Positions 11,601 to 22,654 of a stretch of 44,034 bases of DNA are shown in pieces. The notes beneath the pieces are model-generated. The model searched no databases and was not told where the DNA came from. It saw only the letters and a list, made by a program, of their open reading frames with translations. The first letter of the stretch is position 1. Each line of letters begins with the position of its first letter. Source of the stretch: Octopus bimaculoides (Eukaryota). The position numbers and the translations under genes were made by a program. The stretch covers positions 98,154,621 through 98,198,654 of the forward strand of contig NC_068986.1 in NCBI RefSeq assembly GCF_001194135.2. Direction: 5' to 3'.

Positions 11601-12088
11601 GAACACCGAATCTTTCATTCTCAGGCCAAAATATAAGAATTCATTTTTTTGTATTAGAACCGCAAACGCTACGTTCGTCAAGCTAGAATTATGTGTAAAA
11701 AGTCGTAGAAATCAAGCATTCAATATTTAAAACTCTCGAGAATGCTTCAATTTGGGAAGACATTCCGGCACTGAACTAGAGAAGAAAGAAATTCTTTTGT
11801 ACATATATGAAGACATACCGAGATGTGAATGACGGGACTGGATCACAGGACGCATCAGTCTCTGATTTCGATCGCATCATGAAATGCGAACACCAAATCC
11901 CTCAGTGACAAGGCATTTCAGTTCCGTACACTGAGTTCACAAAGGTTCAATATTTGAAAGAATTTTTGTATCGCATTTTCGTAATCTTGATTAATTTATC
12001 AAATCACCACATCCATTTCATTTCACTTTTCATTTAAGTACCTTGATATTGTAATGCCAATACAAATTTTATTGGCATATGTATAGTG

Positions 12089-12240
12089 ACAGGCGTGGCT
12101 GTGTTGTAAAAAGCTTTCTTCCCGAGCACATAGATGTAGGTTTAGTCCAGTCGTGTGATATCTTGGGAAGGTGTCTTCTCGGACTGACCAAGGCCTTCTA
12201 AGTAGATCCGGTAGACGGAAACAGAAAGAAGTCTGTCGTT

Positions 12241-12293
<53 letters not shown>

Positions 12294-12882
12294 NNNNNNN
12301 NNNNNNNNNNNNNNNNNNNNNNNNNNNNNNNNNNNNNNNNNNNNNNNNNNNNNNNNNNNNNNNNNNNNNNNNNNNNNNNNNNNNNNNNNNNNNNNNNNNN
12401 NNNNNNNNNNNNNNNNNNNNNNNNNNNNNNNNNNNNNNNNNNNNNNNNNNNNNNNNNNNNNNNNNNNNNNNNNNNNNNNNNNNNNNNNNNNNNNNNNNNN
12501 NNNNNNNNNNNNNNNNNNNNNNNNNNNNNNNNNNNNNNNNNNNNNNNNNNNNNNNNNNNNNNNNNNNNNNNNNNNNNNNNNNNNNNNNNNNNNNNNNNNN
12601 NNNNNNNNNNNNNNNNNNNNNNNNNNTATATATGTGTGTGTGCGTGTGTGTGTGTGTGTTTGAGTGTGTGTGTTTGTGTGTCTGTGTTTGTCTCCCCAAC
12701 ATCGCTTGACAACCGATGCTGGTGTGTTTACGTCCCCGTAACTTAGCGGTTCGGCAAAAGAGACGGATAGAATAAGTACTAGGCTTCCAAAGAATAAGTC
12801 CTGAGGTCGATTTGCTCGACTAAAGGTGGTGCTCCAGCATGGCCGCAGTCAAATGACTGAAACAAGTAAAAGAGTAAAAGAG
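12089..12882 (+). mobile_element. SINE family B with internal microsatellite (contains N-gap)
   Basis: Head AGGCGTGGCTGTG..., body ...GGTAGACGGAAACAGAAAGAAG, internal (CA)/(TA)/(TG) tract with gap, 3' half CATCGCTTGACAACCGATGCTGG...GGTGGTGCTCCAGCATGGCCGCAGTCAAATGACTGAAACAAGTAAAAGAGTAAAAGAG. Confidence 0.85.
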
Positions 12883-13029
12883 TATATATGTGTGTGTGCG
12901 TGTGTGTGTGTGTGTTTGAGTGTGTGTGTTTGTGTGTGCGTGTTTGTGTATGCGTGTATGTTTGTGTATGTGTGTGTGTGCGTGCGGGCGCGCTTGTGTG
13001 TGTGAATGTGTGCGTATGTGTATGTGTGC

Positions 13030-13180
13030 ATTTTAGTGTCTTTGCCCCATCACCGCTTGACAACCGGTGTTGGTGTGTTTACGTCTCTGTAACTTAGCGG
13101 TTTGGGAAAATAGAACAAGAGAATAAGTAACAAGCCCTGTATCACCACAGTCTAATGACTGTAACAAGTAAAATATGAAA
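13030..13180 (+). mobile_element. SINE family B 3' half, internally deleted, in tandem with the previous copy
   Basis: CACCGCTTGACAACCGGTGTTGGTGTGTTTACGTC...AATGACTGTAACAAGTAAAA. Confidence 0.65.
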
Positions 13181-13583
13181 GCCAAAAGGTATGTGATAAA
13201 GGTTACATTGTGATTTTCGGAAATGTTTGCATATATTTTAAAATGAGTAAACCACAGGTCTACGCATATTTCTTAATAAAGGGCAAGAGAAAAACAATTC
13301 CAGTAATTTCACTGATTTTTCCTGGTTTGTCTACAAGCTCAAGTTAGCAGACATTCAGAAAATTATCGAATGGAATTGATTGAGCTAGGTAAATTGACAT
13401 AATGAGGTCAAAATGTCGTTCCGATTGTGTGTTTGTCTTTGTCTTTAATAGAAAGTACATCCATGCTAGGAAGGAAATCTTAATTTTGCTATCCGTGTAA
13501 ACAATAGTATCAATCTATGGTATTACTTTTTTTGTGAGCAATTATTTTCAAACCACATGCCCACCAAGATTTATTTGATGATA

Positions 13584-13628
13584 AAATTGACTGATGTCAA
13601 ATTTGACTGATGTCAAATTTGACTGATC
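13584..13628. repeat. ~16-bp tandem repeat x3 (AAATTTGACTGATGTC)
   Basis: Direct reading; unit junctions form TTTGAC-TGAT-GTCAAA inverted repeats. Confidence 0.85.
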
Positions 13629-14764
13629 AACAACACTGACATGGAGATTTTAGCCAACACATCATTCGTCTGTCTGCATTAGAATTAAATTATGTAGTTT
13701 TTCATGATACTTAGTTTTCCAATAATCAATGCAGTTTGGACACACACATCTTTTAAAGCTTCTTTATATATTTTAAATAGACTCCAAACATGGTCTAATT
13801 AACATAAATGCCTACTAAATTGAGTTCTTTGATTAAGAATTCACGTCCTTCCCAAAGTGAAAATGATTTACTATTATGCATTACTGACTGATTTAATGAA
13901 AAATATAAATTGTGTTTAAATAGAAATATCCTCTATTTGAAGTACTTTATGACATTTATAAGAAGCACTTTTTTATTAATAAACTATTGACCTCAACGAT
14001 TCCAAAAGGTTGCCGATTCCTGTTTTGAATATCTTTCTTTTTCTCACATGAATACTCAGTATATGTCCTATCACCATTCATGATAAAATGATAAAGATAT
14101 TGAACAACAAAACTCATTATAAATTGATTATTTATGAAAACTTCAATGAAAAGTTCAAGGAATTAATTTATTGAGAAGATATTAATTTTCAAGGGAATCA
14201 TTACCACATTGATTTCTTTTATATACAACTACAAAATTGAACAGTATTTTCACAGCTGTTATCATGAAGCAGCCCCTTCAATGTCGTAGTGAGTATTATA
14301 TTATTTTATCAATCAAAATTGTTTGCGAAATCGCTAGATGGGGAGACACAAAATAACATCTATTTAAACAGTGCCAAAGTTAAGACGGACACGGATAAAG
14401 ACTTATAGCCAAAAACATATATGCATTATATACATTGTCTGTATATGTGTGTATGTGTGTGCATTAGGTGGATAAAACAAACGTAATAGAATTCTATGCA
14501 AGAATATCTGTAAATTTTTAATATATATATCTTGCAGAAAGTTACAAAAAGTTTGCATCTTCATGTATATATGCACACAGACACATATGCATACGCACAT
14601 AAACACACACATACATACACACACACATACACACACACACACATACACACACCAACGCACGCATGTTCGTATATAAAATTAAGTTTGAGTACAAGATACA
14701 TGAAACTGAAATTGTCGAAATACCAGATTAAATTTGCAGTCTTGATTTCATGACATTTTAAAAA

Positions 14765-15550
14765 GGAACTACAGTTCATTGTCCATGTGGACTATTTAAC
14801 TGACAAACTGTTCTCATGAAAGATAATGAATGCTGTAAAGTTTATCCGAAATCTTTCCCGACTGAGACAGAAACACGTCACGATGTCTAACCGCTTCAGA
14901 AATGGAGAATCCAAATGAAATTCGTTACAAGGAATTCAACTGCCAATATAACAATTTAAACATAGTTTCATATTCGACACACATTCAAAAGCACCAAACA
15001 AATATTAAAATTGAATCTCAGAACGCAGTTAAATCTATTAAATTCTTTGAATGAGAAATGCTTAGATGTTCAACTAGAAAACTGTGAAAGATATGGGTAT
15101 CTTAAATACTGACGAAGTATTAAGAAAGATATTTTCACTTCATTCTTCCAAATTATAAGCATACAAATGCTTTCAAAGTGTTTGCAGCTCTATTTGACGT
15201 GGAAGTGCATACTACGCTGGAATATTATCAAATTGAATTTATTGAAATACAGTCGATGAAATATTGATATCAAAATTTCAGTTTGAAAGTGCATCATTTC
15301 TTGCCTTCAATAGAAAATATATTCATTCATGTGAAAAATATCCTATATTCACTATCCATGCTAAAAGAAATTATATCAATAGTTAACATCTTTTATTTGT
15401 TTGAGCAATTATTTTCAAAAGTAAAGCGCACCAAGAAACGTTTCAGAACTACATTAGATGCTGCCTGTCTGCATAAGATCTTGCAATTGTTATTGAAGGT
15501 TTAGTTTTGAAGTAGTCTAAACTTGCAAAAAGCAACAAGTATTGCATTGA
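14765..15550 (+). mobile_element. Decayed hAT (Charlie/SPIN/GTF2IRD2-like) transposase C-terminal half
   Basis: 'LFDVEVHTTLEYYQIEFIEIQS' (cf. PFxVDVxxAPxxLQMELIELQ) and 'FEQLFSKVKRTKKRFRTTLDAACLHKILQL' (cf. dimerisation domain CEQLFSxMKxxKxxxRxxLTD). Confidence 0.75.
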
Positions 15551-15975
15551 CTCTTCTTTTGATTGCATTCAAATTAGATATTATTGTTTTCATATTTTGT
15601 ATTTTTCGAATATATTTTCATATTTACACAGTAGATTCGAAACATACCATATCTGAAAGATATTGCAAATGAATTCAGTATTTTCATTAACAACTGGCCC
15701 ACATCGTTGAGTAAAATTTATTTGCATGCATAATTTATTGTTTTGAGGGGGAAAATGACCAGATGTAATTACATAATTAATAATATTTATATGCAAAACA
15801 TCATCTACCAGAAAATATAACACCTACATAGTTGTTATTCTATTATTCGCAGAAAAATTAAGATGATCCTGACATGTTTCATATCTTGTTAGTGTTCAGA
15901 GAGTATGCACACCTCACTATGTTATATGTAAAATGTACAATAAACATATTTGTCTACTAATTTCATCTATATATC

Positions 15976-16129
15976 GGCGCAATCGTGGCTATGTGGTAGA
16001 AGATTGTTTTCCAACCACATGGTTCCTAGTTCAATCCCACTGTGTGGCAACTTGGACAAGTGTCATCAACTATGGCCTCAGGCCGACCAAAATGGATTTG
16101 GTTGGCGGAAACTGAAAGAAACCTGCCAC

Positions 16130-16167
<38 letters not shown>

Positions 16168-16432
16168 GTGTGTGTTTGTGTGTGAGTGTATGTGTGTGTG
16201 TGTGTTTATGTATGTATGTCATAGAGTCTAACCTTCCCACCATCGCTTGACATCGATGTTGGAGTATTTATGTCCCAGTAATCTAGCGGCTCGGCAAAAA
16301 GTGTCCAATGGAATAAGTACTAGATTTACAAAGAGAAAGTCCTGGGGTCGACTTGTTCGACTAAAATTCTTTAAGGCGGTGCCCCAACATGGACGCAGTC
16401 AAATGACTGAAACAAGTAAAACAATAAAAGAA
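15976..16432 (+). mobile_element. SINE family B, full length with internal (TG)n
   Basis: GGCGCAATCGTGGCTATGTGGTAGAAG...GTTCAATCCCACTG head (A/B-box-like), internal microsatellite, and a 3' half matching 12.7-12.9 kb. Confidence 0.85.
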
Positions 16433-17959
16433 TTTTAAAAAGATAATGGTTAATGTTTGGTTTCTTTTTAGTGGACGGGGTAATGAATGAGGATTTACAA
16501 TCTTAGGATTGGTCGAATAAGCATAAAACACATCAGGATCATACCACTTGATCCTCTCCACGAGGGAAACCAAAGGAAGAATTTACATTTTAATATGATC
16601 TGCAATATAAACAGTATAATCTGACAGCTTATTGCAATTCATATTCCTTACGTAACTGAATATATTTGAATGGATAATTTCCAAATTTTAAATTTATCGC
16701 ACTCACCGTCTTCTCATTAAAAAGCTTCCCATTTTCATATACTACACGATCGCGAATGGCTAAATAATGCTTCATTTTCTAATACATACAATCACTGTTA
16801 TAACTCACTACTGTAACCACATTAACTCATGATATCATTAGCTGAAATATGTAATGAAAACTAAAAAGAAATGTTGAATAATTAATTAATGAATCCCGAG
16901 AATCCCAATCAAATGTTAATGTATTTCTGCACAACAGATTTTCATAGAGAGTATTAATCCATCGATTTCTTAAATATACAAGATGCAATGCAACAACACA
17001 AGTAGAGGGAAATATATAATTCTCTTTTCTACATTTGTTTTAGCATATTCAAAGCGACCTCGTTAAAATAGTCTTCAACTGTTGAGTGTCCACCATATAG
17101 GTACCGATACTTATTTCTCTATCTATTTTCCAGTATTCGTTTCTTTAAATGAAAACAAACACTAGCAAGTCTAACACTAGCATACAGCATATACGGAAGA
17201 AAAAATATGAGCTTGAGGCGAAAATGCTAGAGATATTAACTTAAGCATTTTTAGTGCTAAGTAAAAAATAAAGCAAATCAACAAAAGTCATATGCACGCA
17301 TATCACATTTTTCTTACCGATTATTTTGCTTATCGATTTTTGTGTGAGATAAACATTTGGGATATGCATATAATGTATGTCTCCTTGCTTGATGTAATTA
17401 CCAAGAAACGAAGAGAAATAACCTTTGCTTACGAAAAATGGTGGCACATTAAGTATATCCTATTAAAAGTAAATACATGACTTAAAGGAATTCTTAAATC
17501 CTAAGTTACTGTCGAGTCAACTTTGTAGTGCAATATATGCTGATGGATAGTGCAGAAGTGATAAAATTATGATATTAGGGTGCGGGGTATTTATATCTAC
17601 AATTTTTAATAAGCAGTTGAAATTAATGATCCATTTCGGAGTTTTACTCCGACATGAATGAAAAAACGAAAGTGTTGATACTGCCGATGCAGGGCATAAA
17701 ACACAGCTTTATTTTTGTGTATTAAAACAACTTGGTTATGTGTAATCATCGCTAAAGAACGGGTAAGTCAAGTAAGCAATTGGATAAAGAGAAAGTGAAA
17801 CACAAAGGGAAAGAGAGAGTGAGAGAGAGAGAGAGAGAGAGAAAGAAAGAAACAAACAAACAAACTTACTAACTAACTAACACACAAAGTGAACAGAACG
17901 GACAAAACGGTCAGTCACTACAAGTAGAACCTGTTTCATGTCAAGGTAACATCTTATAT

Positions 17960-18400
17960 CAATATATACATGAACAAGAGAGATTTAAAGAAGACTGTTA
18001 CAATCTAGAAGGTGAATCACAATGATCCTTTTGTGTGCACAGTTTGTGACAGACCGTGCCTTTCATTTGCTGGGCTCAAATCGCATTTGAGAACTCATGG
18101 AAAACGAACCTCCACCCACTATTCCGCCTATATTTCTGTGCACACGTTTCCATGCAATATATGCAAGAAGTTCTGCAACTCTAACGGAGGCCTCAGAAGG
18201 TATTTTGAGATCCATAAGGATCAGAACTTGACTACGGATCTTGTTGGTTCAAATTGGATATGGGATTGACGTGGGTGTCTTTTCACTTCCCTCAATTTTG
18301 GTGGGAGTGTTGATTTGGTAACTGATGGCTTAATTATGCACTGGTTTGCATGATTATCCGCGGCAGGTCTCTGATTACAAACGTGATTTGATATATATGT
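17960..18400 (+). pseudogene. Two to three C2H2 fingers without TGEKP linkers; probable LINE ORF2 C-terminus
   Basis: ORF 18012..18269 gives 'FVCTVCDRPCLSFAGLKSHLRTH' and 'FPCNICKKFCNSNGGLRRYFEIH'. A third decayed finger 'FA*LSAAGL*' lies near 18350. The CxxC..SxxGLxSHxRxH pattern is typical of RTE-like LINE ends (recalled). Confidence 0.6.
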
Positions 18401-18559
18401 TTTGTCTGAAAAAACAAAATAACTGATGAACAAGATATTCACAATAGTTATTGAATAGCAAAGAATGCGTGGAATAACTTCAACGTGTTCTTTCATTTTA
18501 TGGGTGGTGAGTACATAATCATAAAAGTAAAAACGCACCTAGCAGTATTGTCACAGTGA

Positions 18560-19640
18560 ATGAAATTAAACTCACATATTGTGGAAGACTATGATGACTG
18601 GAGCTGATATTTCTTCAGCTTTGTGGTAAATTTGTGAAATATTAGTTGATATTCAGAAGCCAATTGCTATCGTTGGGCCCAGCTATTCTGTGACCGAAAA
18701 AATGCATTATAGCAAGTCCTTCAAATTATATACTAACTGATAAAGCTTGTTATAAAAACATTAATATGAGGAAATGTCATATTACATATTTGAGGGTTTC
18801 AGCTGTTTTTTGTTCTATATAGTGGCAGAAAATTGAGATCTTGCTCAATTCTAGGATATTTACTGGCAAAGGGGTCGGTCAATGATACAAACAATATTTG
18901 CATTGTATGAAGTATTAGAAATATTCTTTGCAAGCGAAAATGTACATGCTTTATATTTTCATTATTGATTGGCTTGCAACCAGGTATTTCTTGTGGACAA
19001 CAGATCTCGTTTAAAGAACTAGTATTTACAACATTAGAGGAAAATGCGTATGATAATAAAGATGTATGGAGATGTTGTGGCATTTGGGAGAAAGCGGCCA
19101 TGATTGGAATACCAGCTTCTAAAATAGAACTGCATAATCTTCCCTCGTTTCTTACATTAGAGAAACAGAAGATACAGGCATTTTTATGAATATTTTCTAA
19201 GAATTAACAAAACGTTTTTCATCACGTTTTGGTGATTTACGCTTGAATGCAAATGAAATCAAACTGTTTCCTACACCGTTTGATGTTCGAGTGGACACTG
19301 CAGCGGATCGTTATCAAACAGAATTGATTGAGACATATTGAGATCGAAATTTCATTCTGAATATGCATCAGAGCTTGACTTTCGTAGAAAATATATTCAT
19401 CCAACTAGAAGAATCGTAAATTAGTTAGCAATACTATTCAGACAGCGTCATTCTTTGAGAGTATATATCTGTGTGAGCACTATTTTTGGTAAAAATGAAC
19501 CAAGCCACGAACATTTCAGAACAAAATTTACTGCTGCCAATCTGGACAGGCTCTTCCGGCTGGCTGGTATCAACAGTTCCGGTACCCAGTATCGAAGAAG
19601 TTTGAAGCAGGAAACAACGAACTACACTGGACATAGATTC
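18560..19640 (+). mobile_element. Decayed hAT (Charlie/SPIN/GTF2IRD2-like) transposase, C-terminal ~1.1 kb
   Basis: 'WQRGRSMIQTIFALYEVLEIFF' (cf. WLSRG), 'DWL...FLVD', 19201-19341 'ELTKRFSSRFGDLRLNANEIKLFPTPFDVRVDTAADRYQTELIE', and 'FRTKFTAANLDRLFRLA'. Confidence 0.85.
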
Positions 19641-20320
19641 ACCGACTACTACCTCTAATCAATTTTCTTTTGTACTATATTTAATTAACGGCTATTCATT
19701 GTTACATTTCTGTAACATTTATAAAAAGATGTTTCAAAATATATCATGCTTGAAATGAATATTCCCTTACACTCCATGGCTTTGCACTAATTTTCAGTTT
19801 TTAATTGCGATCATTTCTCGTTTTGTTCAATCGTAGTGTATGTAAGACAACCGTGTAGAATTTCCTTTTCCGTGTCGATTGATTCACCCCTGGCTAATAA
19901 GAACGTATGACAGAAGCTTGGAAGACCACGTCTCTCTTTTGTGTTTCGACTCAGTTAAATCCTGTTCTGGCAAATTTAACAACTAAGACATTCTAATTTG
20001 CACTTTCTTTCTCTTGTTTTTAGACATAATGTATCTTGTACACGATGCAATGCATTCTGTTCAATTTTAAGACAGTAGAGGGATTTATGAGTGACGTTTG
20101 CTGTAATCGCTTTAACGTTCTGTTTTGTTTGTTTTGTTGATGTTCTTGTTCTTGTTGCTCTTGGCGGTTGTGGTGGTGGTGATGGTGATGTTAGTTGTGG
20201 TTGTAGTTTACAATTGATTTACAATTCCTTGTTTAGAGAAGATTTAAAATTGACAAGTTGACCAACGTCGTATCGTACTTCCATGTATCGACTCGTGTTC
20301 TTGATATTATTATCTAATAC

Positions 20321-20530
20321 GCAGAATCATTTGTACGCCGGGCGATATGTTTAGCGGTATATCGTCTGCCGATATGTTCTTAGTTCAAATTCCGCCGAGG
20401 TCGACTTTGCCTTTCATCCTTTCGGGGTCGATAAAATAAGTTCAAGTTACGCCCTCTAGTCGATGTAATCGACTTAATCCCTTACCCCAAATTTGAGACC
20501 TTGTGCTTCCAGTAGAAAGGTTATTATTAC
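20321..20530 (+). mobile_element. SINE family A
   Basis: GCAGAATC...AGTTCAAATTCCGCCGAGGTCGACTTTGCCTTTCATCCTTTCGGGGTCGATAAAATAAG...GTCGATGTAATCGACTTA...AGTAGAAAGGTTATTATT. Confidence 0.85.
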
Positions 20531-20649
20531 CTATAATATAATATAATGTTCAGTAAGTTTTTGATTGCTGTTGGCTTGAACTTGAAGAGCTGGTGCTAGT
20601 GGAGTTGGGTTTGTCGGTTTTGTTTAACCCTAAGCCAATAATGGATGAG

Positions 20650-20960
20650 TAGGATTCTATTCAATTCCAATCAACTGTCTCGCACTTGACAACCGCATCT
20701 TTTCCTTGAGAAAGTGTATCTCGCACAACATTAAGCTAATATGTCGACATTTACTCTTATTTTTGTCCATCTTCACGTCAATTGTAATCAAACATTTCTC
20801 TGACCATCCAAAGGTTACTATATCCGGCCTTTGGTGCTCTATTATATCATCTGGCTGGAAGTCAAAGTCCCAGAGGACTTTTGCCCGTCCCTTTTTTTCG
20901 TCCATTACATTTTGCGGTGTATGTTGGTTTCAACCACACGTAATTTCCTATCCATACTTA
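20650..20960 (-). mobile_element. R4/Dong-type non-LTR retrotransposon fragment (REL endonuclease domain), copy a
   Basis: ORF 20657..20905 gives 'EKKGRAKVLWDFDFQPDDIIEHQRPDIV...KCLITIDV', the LWD..RPD..IDV signature of R4-clade restriction-like endonucleases. Confidence 0.8.
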
Positions 20961-21009
20961 CGACATAGTAGCCAGTGGTGGTTTTGGGCGGTTTTGGGCG
21001 GTTTTGAGA

Positions 21010-22312
21010 TCCGTCTGCGGTCTCACCCAGAGACTTCAAGAGAAAAGAAATTAGAATTTCAAGTTGGTGTTATAACTAGAGTGCCATATATTTGGTTTTG
21101 CACAAACTATTGTTCAACAGGATGTTTAGGAATGCATAAGAAAATTATGTTTCTTTTCAGATATGAGATTACAGTGAGTACTTTACGTAGTATAGAAGCA
21201 GTTCCCATGAGCACTATCTTTTGAATTCCTGCCATTATTGGATTTTCTAATATCTAAGATACGTAGCAATCAGCCCCTTTTCATAAGGCACTGTGACAAC
21301 AGGTATTGTTTATTATTCGGTTTCAAAATTTTGCCAATTTCTATTTCAAGATGTTTATACTTGCTCAGTTTTTGGTTGGTCTTGACAGATTACATTTCTG
21401 TTGATTGGGACAGTCATATCGATGAAGAGGCATGATTTTTTATAGAAGTACTTCAACATAATGTCTGGCCTATTCGAATCTATCTTTGTGCCAGTTTGAA
21501 TGGTCCTGGTTTTTGCAAATTACCCAGTGAATATATTGTGCCGCTCTATCATGCCTGTTGAGAAACTCTGTAGGCGCAAGAAGACTGCACATGGAGACGA
21601 TATAATCAATGGTTTCATTTTGTTGTTTACATACACGACATCTTAGGCAATGCCGTTCTTTAATATGTTGACCTAGTAGTTCCCAGTAGGTAGGCATTGA
21701 TTTGGGGCTGCTGTAACAGACCCTTGTCTCTCATTTTAATCCACAAGACTCTAACCATTGATAGGTAAGTGCTTCATCAACATCAGCATTATTAGCTCTC
21801 TGTGGGTATTTGCAATTCAGAGGTTTTTCTTTTCATTTATCAGTGAGAATATCTAAGGCAGCAGTTTTAGCACGGGTTTTCATACGCTTAGCTTTTTCTG
21901 TGCTTGTTTCTAGTACGTCTAATTCTGTCATTTGTTGTATTTGGAATTCATTTAAATATTTCTTTGCCTGTTTTGCTACTATGTATGATGTTTTCTTGTT
22001 TTCGTGCTTTAAGATAAGTTTTAACATCCAGTCATCAGAGATTTTCATGTAGGTGTTTAGGTCAATTGTGACAATTTTCATTGGTTTCCACTTTTCTTGG
22101 CAGTTAAAGTCTTTCTATATCTGCTTTAGAGTGATGCATTCTATGCATTGTCAACAATCTTCGCATTTTTCTGTCAAGATTACATATTTCGTTAATTGAC
22201 CAGTAAATAATATTGAAACTGTAAGTTACGACTGGTATGGCTAAAGTGTTGATGGCTTCGATCCTGTTTCTTGCATTCACCTCTCTCTTGAGTATTACCC
22301 TTACCCTGATTA
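21010..22312 (-). mobile_element. 5'-truncated R4/Dong-type LINE, copy b (end of RT, CCHC knuckle, REL, 3' UTR)
   Basis: In order: 'RVRVILKREVNARNRIEAINTLAIPVVTYSFNIIYWSINEICNLDRKMRRLLTMHRMHHSKADIERL'; 'KEKPLNCKYP..TYQWL'; 'CRVCKQQNETIDYIVSMCSLLAPTEFLNRHD'; 'NRPDIMLK..KSCLFIDMTVP'; 'IQKIVLMGTASILRKVL'. Scattered stops and shifts. Confidence 0.9.
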
Positions 22313-22318
22313 TTTTTA

Positions 22319-22361
<43 letters not shown>

Positions 22362-22387
22362 TATTATTATTATTATTATTATTATTA
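22313..22387. repeat. (ATT)n/(AAT)n microsatellite
   Basis: Direct reading. Confidence 0.97.
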
Positions 22388-22612
22388 AGAAAGCGGCGAA
22401 CTGGCAGAATCGTGGGTACGCCAGGCAAAATACTTAGTGGTGTTTCGCCCGGTGCTACGTTCTGAATTCAAATTCAGCCGAGGTTGACTTTACCTTTCCT
22501 CCTTCCGGGGGTCAATAAATTAAGTACGAATGAAACACTGGGTTCGATGTAATCGACTAGACCTCTCCCACCAAATTTCAGACCCTCTACATATAATACA
22601 AAGGATTATCAT
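22388..22612 (+). mobile_element. SINE family A
   Basis: GCGGCGAACTGGCAGAATCG head, GAATTCAAATTC B-box-like element, family core, GATTATCATT tail. Confidence 0.85.
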
Positions 22613-22654
22613 TGGTGTTTTTGCTGATTGTTGTTACTGTTGTTAGCCTCTCTT

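Noticed and set aside
16361-16573. Minus-strand ORF 'LVSLVERIKWYDPDVFYAYSTNP'
   Set aside because: No family recognised, no convincing splice sites, and its 3' part overlaps a SINE.
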